Part shown: positions 20,487 to 31,672 of the stretch, piece by piece
How positions within the stretch are numbered: the first letter of the stretch is position 1
Layout: every line of letters begins with the position of its first letter
DNA from: an uncultured virus (IMG/VR IMGVR_UViG_3300024272_000044)
Lineage: Duplodnaviria > Heunggongvirae > Uroviricota > Caudoviricetes
Reading direction: 5' to 3' (one strand)
DNA: 64,000 nucleotides
IMG/VR virus record: IMGVR_UViG_3300024272_000044
Notes under the pieces: generated by a model
Database searches by the model: none
What the model was told of the DNA's origin: nothing
What the model saw: the letters and a program-made list of their open reading frames with translations, nothing else
Made by a program: the position numbers and the translations under genes

Positions 20487-21336
20487 AAATGAGGGCTGAG
20501 AAATCAGCCCTTATTTTTTATTTTCTGGAGCGTGCCAAAAAAGTTAAATTTTTAAAAACTTTAAACCGTTGTATCTGGTACAGCTCCAGCGTCCAAAAAA
20601 GTTGAATTTTTAAAAACTTTAAACCATTCTCCCAGACGGCAACCAGCAATCCAAAAAAATCCAATTTTTAAAAACTTTACTTTAATATACGGTTGCGACC
20701 TGCTGGGACAAAAAAGTCCAATTTTTAAAAACTTTAGTTTGTTGTATCTGGCAGGCGACCAGCATCCAATTTTTTCGAATTTTTAAAAACTTTAGCTTTA
20801 TGTTTCCAGAATATAGACTGTGCCAAATTTTTCTAATTTTTAAAAACTTTACTTATATGTTTGCTGGTTCTGGTAGTCCAAAAAAATCCAATTTTTAAAA
20901 ACTTTACTTATATGTACGTTAAAAAATTTTCTATAAAACTACTTGACAAATTATTAAAAATATGTTATAATAGACAAAAAAACCTATTTTTAAAAAACTT
21001 TAACCAACTAAATTGTTTGAATTGTTTAAATTGTTTAAACTATTTTAATTATTTTGAATTGTTTTAATTATATAAAATAATTGCACAATACCTACAATAA
21101 TAATGATTACTATTATAACATGATAATAATTACTATTATAATAATTATTAAATTATAACAGATTAAATTATGACCGATTAAATTATGACCTATTAAATTA
21201 TGACCTATAATTATATGATAATTATTATTAAATAATTATAATTAAATTTAAAATAGTAGTTGACAAGTGGTTTTTTATAGTGTATAATTAGCTTAACAAA
21301 TAAAACAAAGCATCTTAGAAAAGAGAGGTATTTATT

Positions 21337-21933
21337 ATGATGACAATTAGTGTATCAAAAGGAAATGTAAAAATGGGCGAAATTAAAAGTGTATCTTTAC
21401 CACCAATCGTAACATGTGCGAGCGGTTGCACTTGTGCTAAAAAGTGCTACGCAAAAAGAATGTGTAGATACAAAAACGTGCGAGATTCTTATAATAGAAA
21501 TCTTGAACTCTACATGAATAACCCAGTTGAATATTGGAATCAGGTATCTGACGCAATGTGTACAAGCCGATTCTTCAGAATGCACGTAGCTGGCGACATT
21601 CCTTGTTATGAATATCTTGTAGATATGGTAGACGTAGCAAAAATGAATCCACATTGTGACATCTTAGTATTTACAAAAAGATACCATTTTGTTAATACAT
21701 ATATCAATAATGGTGGAAGCATTCCAACTAACTTACATCTTATCTTTTCAGAATGGGAAGGTATGACAATGGAAAACCCACATAATATTCCAGTTGCACA
21801 CGTTATCTTTAAAGGTTGCGAACCTAAAGAAAACTGGAACATCTGTACTGGAAACTGTTTAGAATGTGCAAAGAAGAATGTGAACTGTTGGAGCTTAAAG
21901 AATGGCGAACACGTAGCATTCCACGAACACTAA
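21337..21933 (+). CDS. GP88-like Cys-rich (Fe-S/radical-SAM-like) phage protein
   Basis: GNVKMG...SLP...TC...CAKKCYA, FRMHVAGD and CTGNCLEC patterns. Confidence 0.65.
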   Translation: MMTISVSKGNVKMGEIKSVSLPPIVTCASGCTCAKKCYAKRMCRYKNVRDSYNRNLELYMNNPVEYWNQVSDAMCTSRFFRMHVAGDIPCYEYLVDMVDVAKMNPHCDILVFTKRYHFVNTYINNGGSIPTNLHLIFSEWEGMTMENPHNIPVAHVIFKGCEPKENWNICTGNCLECAKKNVNCWSLKNGEHVAFHEH

Positions 21934-22477
21934 ACAAATAAGGTTATAAGACTAGGCGAAAAGCCTAGTCTTTTTTTGTGCTGTAACATCCACAGGTACA
22001 AACCAAAAAAGTTGAATTTTTAAAAACTTTACTTTGTCATATCTGGCAATCCAAAAAAGTTGAATTTTTAAAAACTTTATCTTGTTGATTTATCTTGATT
22101 TATCAATCCAAAAATATTGAATTTTTAAAAACTTTATTTATATAGGACTGTCATCCAAAAAATCCTAATTTTTAAAAACTTTACTTGTATGCTCCAGAAC
22201 GCACAGAAAAATGGAATATTTAAAAACTTTACATCTATGCCAGTTGGAAGATTTTATGCAATGTGAATGTGATATAACATAAAAATATCAAATTCACAAA
22301 CTAGAACATACGTTCATAAACTACACGGAAGATACACGGAAGATACACGGAAGATACACGGAAAAAATAATTTAAAAAGTTTTAAATAAATACTTGACAA
22401 GTAGATATATAGGTGGTATAATAAAGACAGTTAAAAGAACAGTATAAACAAAGCACCAATGCTAGGAGGAAAATTTT

Positions 22478-22753
22478 ATGATGACTACTATTGAACTAAT
22501 GAAAAAGATTGAAGAACTCAAAGAACTTGAAGCAATCGTAAAAGAAGCCGAGGAAGAAATCGAAGCTATCAAAGATGAAATCAAAGCAGAAATGCAGAGC
22601 AAAGAAGAAATGAAATGTGGAAGATACTGTATTAAATACAAAAATGTATCTAGTAACAGATTTGACACTACAACATTTAAAACGGCTTGTCCTGACATTT
22701 ACAAATTGTATGTTAAACAGACAGTAAGCAGAAGATTTACTATTACTGGATAA
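22478..22753 (+). CDS. Hypothetical coiled-coil protein
   Basis: Promoter, AGGAG RBS, terminator. Confidence 0.75.
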   Translation: MMTTIELMKKIEELKELEAIVKEAEEEIEAIKDEIKAEMQSKEEMKCGRYCIKYKNVSSNRFDTTTFKTACPDIYKLYVKQTVSRRFTITG

Positions 22754-23088
22754 CATATAAGGTTATAGGATTATAACCCCATACAACTGAATACTGGAAC
22801 TCAAAAGGGAGTGGAGAAAATCCACTCTCTTTTTTGTGCCTTGACTGGAGGCGACTGGAAAATCAGAAAAATGGAATTTTTAAAAACTTTACTGGAGTGA
22901 TTTGACTGGACAGAAAAATGGAATTTTTAAAAACTTTAGTTTGGTGTGGCGACTGGAGAAGCGACTGGAAAAGCGACTGGAAACAGAAAAATCTATTTTT
23001 TAAAAACTTTAACTTTGTGCTTTGACTGAACTTTGGGCGACTGGAAGATTTGGGAATTGAACTGGAGAAACTGGAGGAACTGGCAGAT

Positions 23089-23146
23089 TGTGGATAACTT
23101 TGCAGATTGTGGATAATGTGGAAAACTATGTGGAAAATGTGGATAA
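23089..23146 (-). promoter_or_regulatory. Cluster of five co-oriented DnaA boxes
   Basis: TGTGGATAA (reverse complement of TTATCCACA) at 23089, 23108, 23138; TGTGGAAAA at 23117, 23129. Confidence 0.8.
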
Positions 23147-23209
23147 CTTTTACTTGCGACACGAGTTGAGAAACTTTTTTGTATCTAGTGGAGCGATATA
23201 AAAGAAAAA

Positions 23210-23495
23210 CATCCCCCACTCTACACCCAAAAACACCCCAAAATCGACCCTCTTCTCCCACTACACCCTCACTACACCCCCACTACACCCCCACCACTCT
23301 CCCACTTACCACTAAAAATCCCTACTTTTAAAGCATTCTATCCCCACTCCACAACCCACATTCAACCACATTCATCCCCCACTTTGACCCCAAAAATCCC
23401 TAATTTTTAAAAACTTTCTCCCACTTTAAACACCAAAATCAGAAAAAATCAGTATTTAAAAACCACCTTAAAACCACCTTAAAACCACCAAAAAT
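23210..23495 (+). other. C/A-rich strand-asymmetric tract with short tandem repeats
   Basis: 3x CACTACACCC, 2x ACCACATTCA-like, ~3x AAAACCACCTT; almost no G on the plus strand. Confidence 0.8.
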
Positions 23496-23686
23496 CAAAC
23501 AACGAATAAACAAAATAAAATGCAACGGAAAATATCGAAAACCACCACGGAAAAAATAAAAATAATACAAAAAATCGACAACGGAAAATCAATAAAAAAA
23601 TAAAAAAACTTTCACTTTACTACTTGACAAGCTACTAAACATGATGTATAATGTAATCAGAAAACAACAAAGAAAGGAGAAAAAAT

Positions 23687-24682
23687 ATGGATATTGAAAA
23701 CAAAATCAAACGTATGGAAGATAGAATCAACTATCTAATCAGAAGTGCAGAAAGATATTTTAACAAATGTGGATGGGATAAAACATATGATGTTAGAATT
23801 GCACGGATTGAATCGAGTATAGATATGCTCGCAATCTTGACGGAAAAAGAATACTCATATAATGAAAACGGATTATACGAAGTATAGGAGGACGAAAAAT
23901 GGTATATATCGTACATTATACTTGTCCACATTGCAAGAACGCAAAATGTGGTGATAACCCAATGAAAAGAGCAAACGAACTCATTGTTGCAGACAGTAGG
24001 ACAGAAGCAAAAAATATTTTTAATCGCTACAAACAATGCAGATACATGAAGATTTGCGAAATTAAAGAAACAACATTATAGACGGAGGATTTTAATTATG
24101 ACAGTAAGAGATATTTTAAATATGTTTATTGATGGAGATGACCAGTATTTTGAATTATGGGATGTAGACAAAGAAGAAGTTGTATATAGTGGATATTTAT
24201 TTGATTTAAGTGATGAACTGGAATATGCAACAGTAACAAGTATTGATAACGTATATGGAGATATGAAAGGAATTACACTTAACATTGATATGGAAATCTA
24301 AGGAGGACGGAAAAATGAGTAATCCAACTACAAAATATACAAAAAGAGTACACTTTATTGGAAGTGGATATGAAAGTATTAAATATCTTATAGTGGATGG
24401 AGAAATGCCAAACTGTGAAGCATTTGAATTTGCAGAAGAATGGTATAAATCAACTGGACAAACATTTGAGTATATGGATATGGAAATAAGCCTATAAGGA
24501 GGACGGAAAAAATGAAGAAAGTAATTATTATAGCCATATGTATCTTATCGCTAATGTTCGCAGAATATCGTTTTATAATGGCTCATATCAAACCATACAT
24601 AGTAGAACGTGGAACAGTATATCTTGAAATCTTTGGACATATAGATGAATACTACGCAGAATCTTGGGACTTAGGAAACTAA
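23687..24682 (+). CDS. Operon of five small hypothetical proteins (23687-23887, 23899-24081, 24098-24301, 24315-24497, 24512-24682)
   Basis: Promoter 23624, GGAG(G) RBS before each, terminator ~24669. Confidence 0.75.
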
Positions 24683-24849
24683 GTCCTATATTTTTTGCAA
24701 TCAAAAATCTTTAATTTTTAAAAACTTTAAATGCTAACGCAGACGGAAAAAATTTAAAAAATATATCATTAACTACTTGACAAACTATCATTATGATGAT
24801 ACAATATACTCAAAGATACAACAATATAAGCCAAAGGAGAATGTGTGCT

Positions 24850-25038
24850 ATGAAACTAAAACTAACAGAAAAGCAAATACACAATAGACTAGACAAATAC
24901 TATAAGAAGTACTATGGGGAAGAATATACAGATGAATGGTATATAAATCCTAACCAGTATACATGGAAATTTGAACGTGATGGAAAAACTATCACTCTTA
25001 TTTATGATGAAAAAACTGGAAAGGTATACGAACCATAA
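24850..25038 (+). CDS. Hypothetical protein
   Basis: Promoter 24777, AAGGAG RBS; start 24841 or 24850. Confidence 0.7.
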   Translation: MKLKLTEKQIHNRLDKYYKKYYGEEYTDEWYINPNQYTWKFERDGKTITLIYDEKTGKVYEP

Positions 25039-25048
25039 AAGCACAGAG

Positions 25049-25185
25049 AGTTAAATGTGTGACGTAGTCACTAGTATTCTTATATGTATGGTATTCTTAT
25101 ATGTTTGAACGGAAAAATTACATACATTTTGTACGGTGGTCAACGCAGTTTTTGACACTAGCACCGTACATTTTGTACGGTGGTC
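25049..25185. repeat. Right copy of ~140-bp inverted repeat
   Basis: Palindrome CACCGTACATTTTGTACGGTG at 25162-25182; reverse complement matches 9893-10033. Confidence 0.9.
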
Positions 25186-25304
25186 ATGCTGATTAAGTGG
25201 AAAATTTTTTAAGTAAATATATAAAAAATGCTTGACAAGTAGCAAATCACATGATATACTATAATCAACAACAAGAACAATATATACATGAAAGGAGAAC
25301 TAAT

Positions 25305-28300
25305 ATGGCTACAAAACACTACACATACGAAAGAAACAAACGAGAACAGCTCATTAATGATTTAGGAGAAAGCCACATCATTGATGGTTTTGTAGTGGAT
25401 AATAAACACAAGAATGGTCTTGAAGTACATAGTATTACAGACAATGGAGTTATTATCATTCACAACTTAAATTCTGGAGAATTGGTTACAAAGTTAATTG
25501 CTAGACCACATCAGATAGAACGATATTATGAAGCTACTGGAAGAGAAAAGCCAGTTGAATATGATAATGTTATAAGGTCAGCAAAATGGCATCATATTTT
25601 AGGTTTTAACAATTATTAAAAGGAGAATATAACAATGACAAGAAAAGAATTAGAGAGAGCAAAAAAGAGTTTACCAAAATGGGAGAATGGAAAACCTCCA
25701 GTATATACATATGAACAGAAAGTACTAAGAGATAAAGTATATTGTATTGATATGATTAATTCAATCTTGATTTACAATGGAACAAAAGATGTGCTTGACA
25801 ACTATTATTTAAAAGACCACATCAGAGAACTTGGATTAAAAACTGTTGCAGAACTTGTAATCGAACAAGTGGAAGATTTTAGCAAGGCTACAATTTATAG
25901 AAACGTGCATACAGATAATGAGGGATTATCTTATCACTCTATTGTATGGGCAGATGAAAGGAATGAAATGTAATGAGAGTTTGGGTATGTGTATATCGTG
26001 ATACAATAAAGCAACATGATGATGATTGGAATTTAACAGATGTATTAGTTGAAAGGGATTTCTTTGAACAGTATTTTAACGAACTTAAAACGGATGATTG
26101 GGATGATTTTGAAGAGTTTTTAAAAGAATACTGTGCTGATGATACACAAGATTTTTATAACTATGCAATGAAACATAACGCGATACTGGATAAAGTAAAC
26201 TGGTAATTCATGGGTTGAGAATTTTTTCTCAACCTTTTTTATTTTGTGCTAATCAAACAATAGAAGTTTTTAAAAATTAACTTTTTTTGTTCATGATGGA
26301 CAATTTTATTCAATTTTTAAAAACTTTAATTCGCTGCTGAAAGAAAAATAATTATAGGAAAATAATAAATAGTAGTTGACAAGTAGTTGTGGTGGTGGTA
26401 TAATAAAGACAAATAAAGAAAGGGAGTGCTTATCATGGCAAAAGAAATTAATAGAGTATCATTTGAAATTGAACATTGTAATGGAGATACATACTTTGGT
26501 TTTATGTTATCTATTAAAGATGACGGAAGTGTAGAAGTTATTAAAACAACAGATTGTAGCTTGGCAGACGTAGATGGAGATTATATCTTTGGAACTGACA
26601 ATTCATTATATAGAGTGCAAGCTGATGAACCAATATCAGAATACACATATGATGAAATTAAAAATTGTTTGGAATAATTTTACAAAAACTATTGACAAGT
26701 AGTTATTATAGTAGTATAATGAAATCAAGATAAAGGAAACAACACATGGAGGTAACAATTATGACACGAGAAAAATTTTTAAAGGGAATGATGACAACTG
26801 TAACAGTATTCACAATCTTCTGTTGGATGTTGCTGATTGCATTTTTAATCATGGCAATCTGTGGAAACCCAATTCCAGTAGTTGATACAATTGTATTATT
26901 TGTATTAGAAGTATTTATTAGCATATCAATCTACAAATATTACACAGAATACAGATACGATTTATAAGGAGGATATTTCAATGACTGCAAAAGAATTAGA
27001 TACAATGGTAAATGCAATGCGAAGCAAATATCATAAAGTAAATACTAGAGTAGATGTTACAAATGAAATAGCACATCTGTATAAAGGTCTGGAAGCAATT
27101 GGAAGATATGAAATTGCAAACAAAATACTAGATTTATGTATGGAAATAGATAGTATTGATACAGATGAAATTGTAAGAATTGGAACTTTTAATAAGAGAT
27201 AAATATATAGGAGGACTAATTATGAGATTATATTGGGATTATGTATGGTTTGGAAAAAATGAATATTATAAAGTGCTTTGCTTAGAAACAAAGAATAATG
27301 ATTGGGCATTGTTTAAATTAAGAGTGGGAGAAAATGAATTTGTTGAATATATTAAAAATTGGATTGAACCAAAAGATTTTTTAGAATATGTAAACAATTA
27401 AAAAGTTTCATTGAAATATGAAAAACTACTTGACAAACGATTAAACCTAATGTATAATATAATTAAAGATAAGGAACAAATAAAGTTATAAAAAAGGAGA
27501 ACTAGATATGAGTAGAGTTGATAACATTAAAAATTTTGCAAACAAAAGAGAAGCTGAATTAACACGAGAAAAAGAACGGTCTTTAAATAAGATTGAGGAA
27601 TATAAGGCTCACATCAAAACATTAAAGCCTAGAATTGATGAATTACTTGAAGTAGGAAATGCGTGTTTAGAACATGGTATTCCTTTAACTGGTAGCAGAT
27701 GGGGTGGTCATGAGGGATATGATACACATCAGTTTATTTCAAACAGTTGGTCACACTTAGTTGGATTTATAAGCGAGGGAAAGAATAAACCATTTTCTAG
27801 AGTTGGGAAAATTGGTGGTGGTGCTTGTGATTGGAATTTAATAACGGATGGTGTAAACATTGATGTTACTGGAAGTGTTGAGAGTGTGCTGAGATATTTT
27901 ATAGAAGATTTTGATGAATTTGAAACTGAATTTTATAAATATGTAGATAGTATTACAAATAAATAATAGTTTGGAGGTATTAAACATGACATTACATACA
28001 AATTTAGAAAAAGTAAAAGTTGGAGATAGAGAAAATTTACTTTGTGTATTAAGAAATATCGCAGACTTTGATATGGATTTTAATGGAGATAATGGAGAAG
28101 ATTATACTTGGGAAGAAGCATTGGAAAATGGTTTTGAAAGCAACTTAGAATATGTTCTTAATATCATAGAAGATATTGAAAATGATGAAGAGTGTGTAAA
28201 AGCATTTTTTGAAGAGTGGATGGAAAACGATGGATATTATACAGAATACGAAGTGAATTGTCTAACAGATACGAAAGGCAGAGTAACTGCAATTGGTTTC

Positions 28301-30650
28301 GCAGCGATATGTGGATGTTAAAAATGTAATTTTAAGTGGAGGATTTGATATGAGATATGAAAAATTATATATTGATTTTGTTGATAGAGATTTTTTAGAT
28401 TTTACAAATGATGAATATGAGGGAAATATTGTTTTATGTGCAACAGATGAATTAATTAGATTAACTAATAACATTAGAAAAGAACAAGGGAATGAAGATT
28501 TAGTTGGTGTTGATTATGATAACAATGTTTACTATAATTTTTATCTTATGTTCAATACAAAGGAAAAGGAAGTTAGTATTCAAGCCGTATGTAATTACGG
28601 AGAAAAAGATGATGAAGTTTGGTATGAGTTGCCTATGACAACAGAGGAAGAAAGAAATGTAATGTTCATGCTAATTGAATGTTTGGCAAAAGAATTATAC
28701 AACAATTAAAAGGATAATTTTATATGGAGGTAATGATATGAAACTTAATGAAAAAGGCAAAGAATTGTATAAAGTTTGGGAACAGAATTATCATAAAGAA
28801 AATGATAATCTTGGAGGAGATTCTGCAAACGGAGATTTTATTGAGGGATGGTCTATCGTTGACAACTTTGATTATATCAAAAATATTACAGATGAATGTG
28901 GTTTGTTAATCTTTGGATATGATGATAATGCAATTAATATGGTTGATGAATGGCTTGAAGATGGGGATTGCAAAATTGGGAATCTTGGCTTCACATATAC
29001 CGATGTTAGAAATGAATTATCAAAATATTTTGAGTAAATAAAATGACGATTTTAGGTGGTGGAGATATGAAAAAAACTACATATACAACAACAAGATTTG
29101 ATGTAAATGATGATTTTTATGTAGAAGTTAGTCCAAACGGAGAATTAATTGAATTTGTATTATGTATGAATAATTATGGTATGAAGTCATATATGTTTGG
29201 AATGTATGAAAAGAATTGTCCAAAAGAAACTTGGGAAGAATTGATTGAAAATAATATTGAAGATTATATTGATAGTTTTTATAGTTATATATACGATGTA
29301 TATGAAAGTGGATTTTTAGAAGAACATGGATTTTTTAACAAAGAATAAGCACATAAAAGAGTGATTTTAAAAGGGGAAGATTAGTATGAAGAGATTAAAT
29401 ACAGAAGAAGTAAAACAGTTTGCTGATGCTTTAGCATTTACAGAAAGCGAAGCAAAAGATATTACAAATTTATTTTATAATCTTAAAATGGAAAATCCAA
29501 TCAATCATTGGAGAGTATTAATGCCTTTGAATGATGTGGATGAATATATCAGAGAATGGGAAAATCATTGGCATAGAGAAAATAACTTTACAGAATGTTT
29601 TGAATATGAAAAAGAAAATGAATACTTTGAATACGATACAGAAGTTGCAGAACAGATTTTTGTAAGTGAAGAAATTTTTAAAGAGTATGTTATGGGAGAT
29701 AAAGAAACACAGTTTGTTTATCAGTTACCTAATAATAATATGGTTGTGGTAGTTTGTTAGGCAAATAAAATAATGATTTTAAATAGAGGTGTACATATAT
29801 GGCATTATTATATGATGATTATATTGCGTTAAGAGACGGCAAAATGACAGAAGAAAAAGCAAGAGAACTTGGATTTGATAACTATAGGGAGGGTATGCAA
29901 CTTACTTTAGTAGGTAGCTTACATAATTTTAAATGTGGTGGAGCATTGCCAGAGGAGTGTACTTGGGGAGACAATGAAACATCAGATAATAGATAAGGAG
30001 TTGTAGATATGGCAATGGAAGATATTTTATTAAACAATATAGCAACATATAAAGACAGATATGAATACTATAATTGTAAAGGCAATGAAGAAAGAAGTGA
30101 TGAATATCTATCATTGCTACTATTAGAAGTAAAAAATCTATTGATTTTTAAAAAAGTATTTGACAAGTAGTATATAATGTAGTATAATATAAATAGATAA
30201 AAGATAAGGAGATAATTATATGAAGAAGATTACATTTATATATGCAGACAAGTTGTCAAATTGGGAATGGAGAATGCAACATTGTATCGTGAGTAGTGTA
30301 GAAGAATGCATTAAGTTTTATGGTCTTGATAATAAAGATTGTATGTATGAAATACTGGAAGTAGAAGATGTATAAGGAGGTTTATTATGAACGGATTTTA
30401 TAATGCAAGTACAGAAGATAAATTCAATAAAGTAGTTGAATTACTATTCAATCATGGATATGAATGGGTTGGAATGAATAAGAAGCCTACTTTTGCAGAA
30501 TGTAAGAAACTTGTTCATGGCAACAGTAAATTAATTATTGATGCATTCTATAATAGTATTACAAATAAAAAAGAAATTCAGTTTGGAACAAAAGCTATTT
30601 ATAATACATATCCACAGTACAAAGGCAAAATAAAGCTAATTGAAGTATAA
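25305..30650 (+). CDS. Run of about 17 small hypothetical proteins (e.g. 25305-25619, 25635-25973, 25973-26206, 26435-26677, 26761-26967, 26981-27202, 27222-27401, 27508-27966, 27986-28321, 28350-28709, 28738-29037, 29067-29348, 29386-29760, 29799-29996, 30387-30650)
   Basis: Co-directional, RBS-preceded, many strongly acidic; no recognisable domains. Confidence 0.75.
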
Positions 30651-30726
30651 ATAATACTTGACAAGTAGTATATATAGTAGTATAATATAAGTAGATAAAA
30701 GATAAGGTTATAAAGGAGGTGACTAT

Positions 30727-30912
30727 ATGTGTGAATATAGCAAGAGAGATGTAAAACGGATTCTTAAAAAGAATGGTTGGAAGTTACATCATTGCAAAGG
30801 AAGTCATGAGATTTATAGAAATGACAAGAATGAACATTTATCTATTGTTCCTAGCAGATGTAATAGACTAATCATGGAGAGATTAATGAAACAGTATAAT
30901 ATGGTTGTTTAG
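30727..30912 (+). CDS. HicA-family mRNA interferase-like protein
   Basis: LKKNGW...KGSH.IY...VP pattern, 61 aa. Confidence 0.8.
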   Translation: MCEYSKRDVKRILKKNGWKLHHCKGSHEIYRNDKNEHLSIVPSRCNRLIMERLMKQYNMVV

Positions 30913-30920
30913 GAGGCATT

Positions 30921-31145
30921 ATGTTTGAGTTTAACAAAGAGTACTATTTTAAAGAAAAGATGATTAAAGATGAATATTGTGTAGGGGATAAAGTTTATTA
31001 TCTGAATCACAAAAACGAATACGAAGTTGGAAGAATTAAATCAATTGAAAAAGATGATTTAAATAATGAAAACTTGTATATGATAACTGGATGTTTATAT
31101 TTAAGAAGTAAAGAACATATTTATGGTCTTTATTATACCACATAG
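30921..31145 (+). CDS. Hypothetical protein
   Basis: AGGAGG RBS. Confidence 0.7.
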   Translation: MFEFNKEYYFKEKMIKDEYCVGDKVYYLNHKNEYEVGRIKSIEKDDLNNENLYMITGCLYLRSKEHIYGLYYTT

Positions 31146-31207
31146 CGAATTACTACTTGACAAATAAATAAATATAGTATATAATATAATAAAGGAGGTT
31201 GATATTT

Positions 31208-31672
31208 ATGTTATATGTAGCTTATGGAAGTAATATGAATTTAAAACAAATGGCTTTTAGATGTCCAAAATCTAAGGTTATAGGAACTGGTAAGTTGTTA
31301 GGATGGAAATTAGTATTTAATTGTCATGCTGATATTATTAGTGGTGATGACTATGACGAAGTACCAGTTGTTGTATGGGATATTGATGATGACGATTGGG
31401 CTAGACTTGATATGTACGAAGGGTATCCAAACTATTACGTAAAAGAGTTTGTGAATGTTTTAATGGATGATGGAGCAAAAGAAAAAGCAATTGTATATGT
31501 AATGGCAGACAATAGAAAAGGAATCTGTCCACCAGAAGATAGTTATTTTGATGGAATTATCAAAGGTTGTATTAGCAATAGGATTGATGCAGGATATTTA
31601 TATGATGCGTTAGAGTATTCATATGCAAATAAAACAATGTATAATCAGTATACAACTAGGGAGATGGTTTAG
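31208..31672 (+). CDS. Gamma-glutamylcyclotransferase family protein
   Basis: YVAYGSNMN..QM..RCP and LDMYEGYP motifs. Confidence 0.9.
   Translation: MLYVAYGSNMNLKQMAFRCPKSKVIGTGKLLGWKLVFNCHADIISGDDYDEVPVVVWDIDDDDWARLDMYEGYPNYYVKEFVNVLMDDGAKEKAIVYVMADNRKGICPPEDSYFDGIIKGCISNRIDAGYLYDALEYSYANKTMYNQYTTREMV

Noticed and set aside
14394..23261. ORFs 14394-14618, 20861-21067 and 22863-23261
   Set aside because: Translations of repeat arrays without RBS
12564..23420. CRISPR array interpretation of the ~29-bp repeats
   Set aside because: Repeats are degenerate, scattered in small clusters outside predicted transcripts, spacers share motifs and have two length classes, and no cas operon is visible
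10170..23495. G-rich and C-rich tracts as transposon terminal inverted repeats
   Set aside because: Only compositional similarity and a short shared word; no transposase seen
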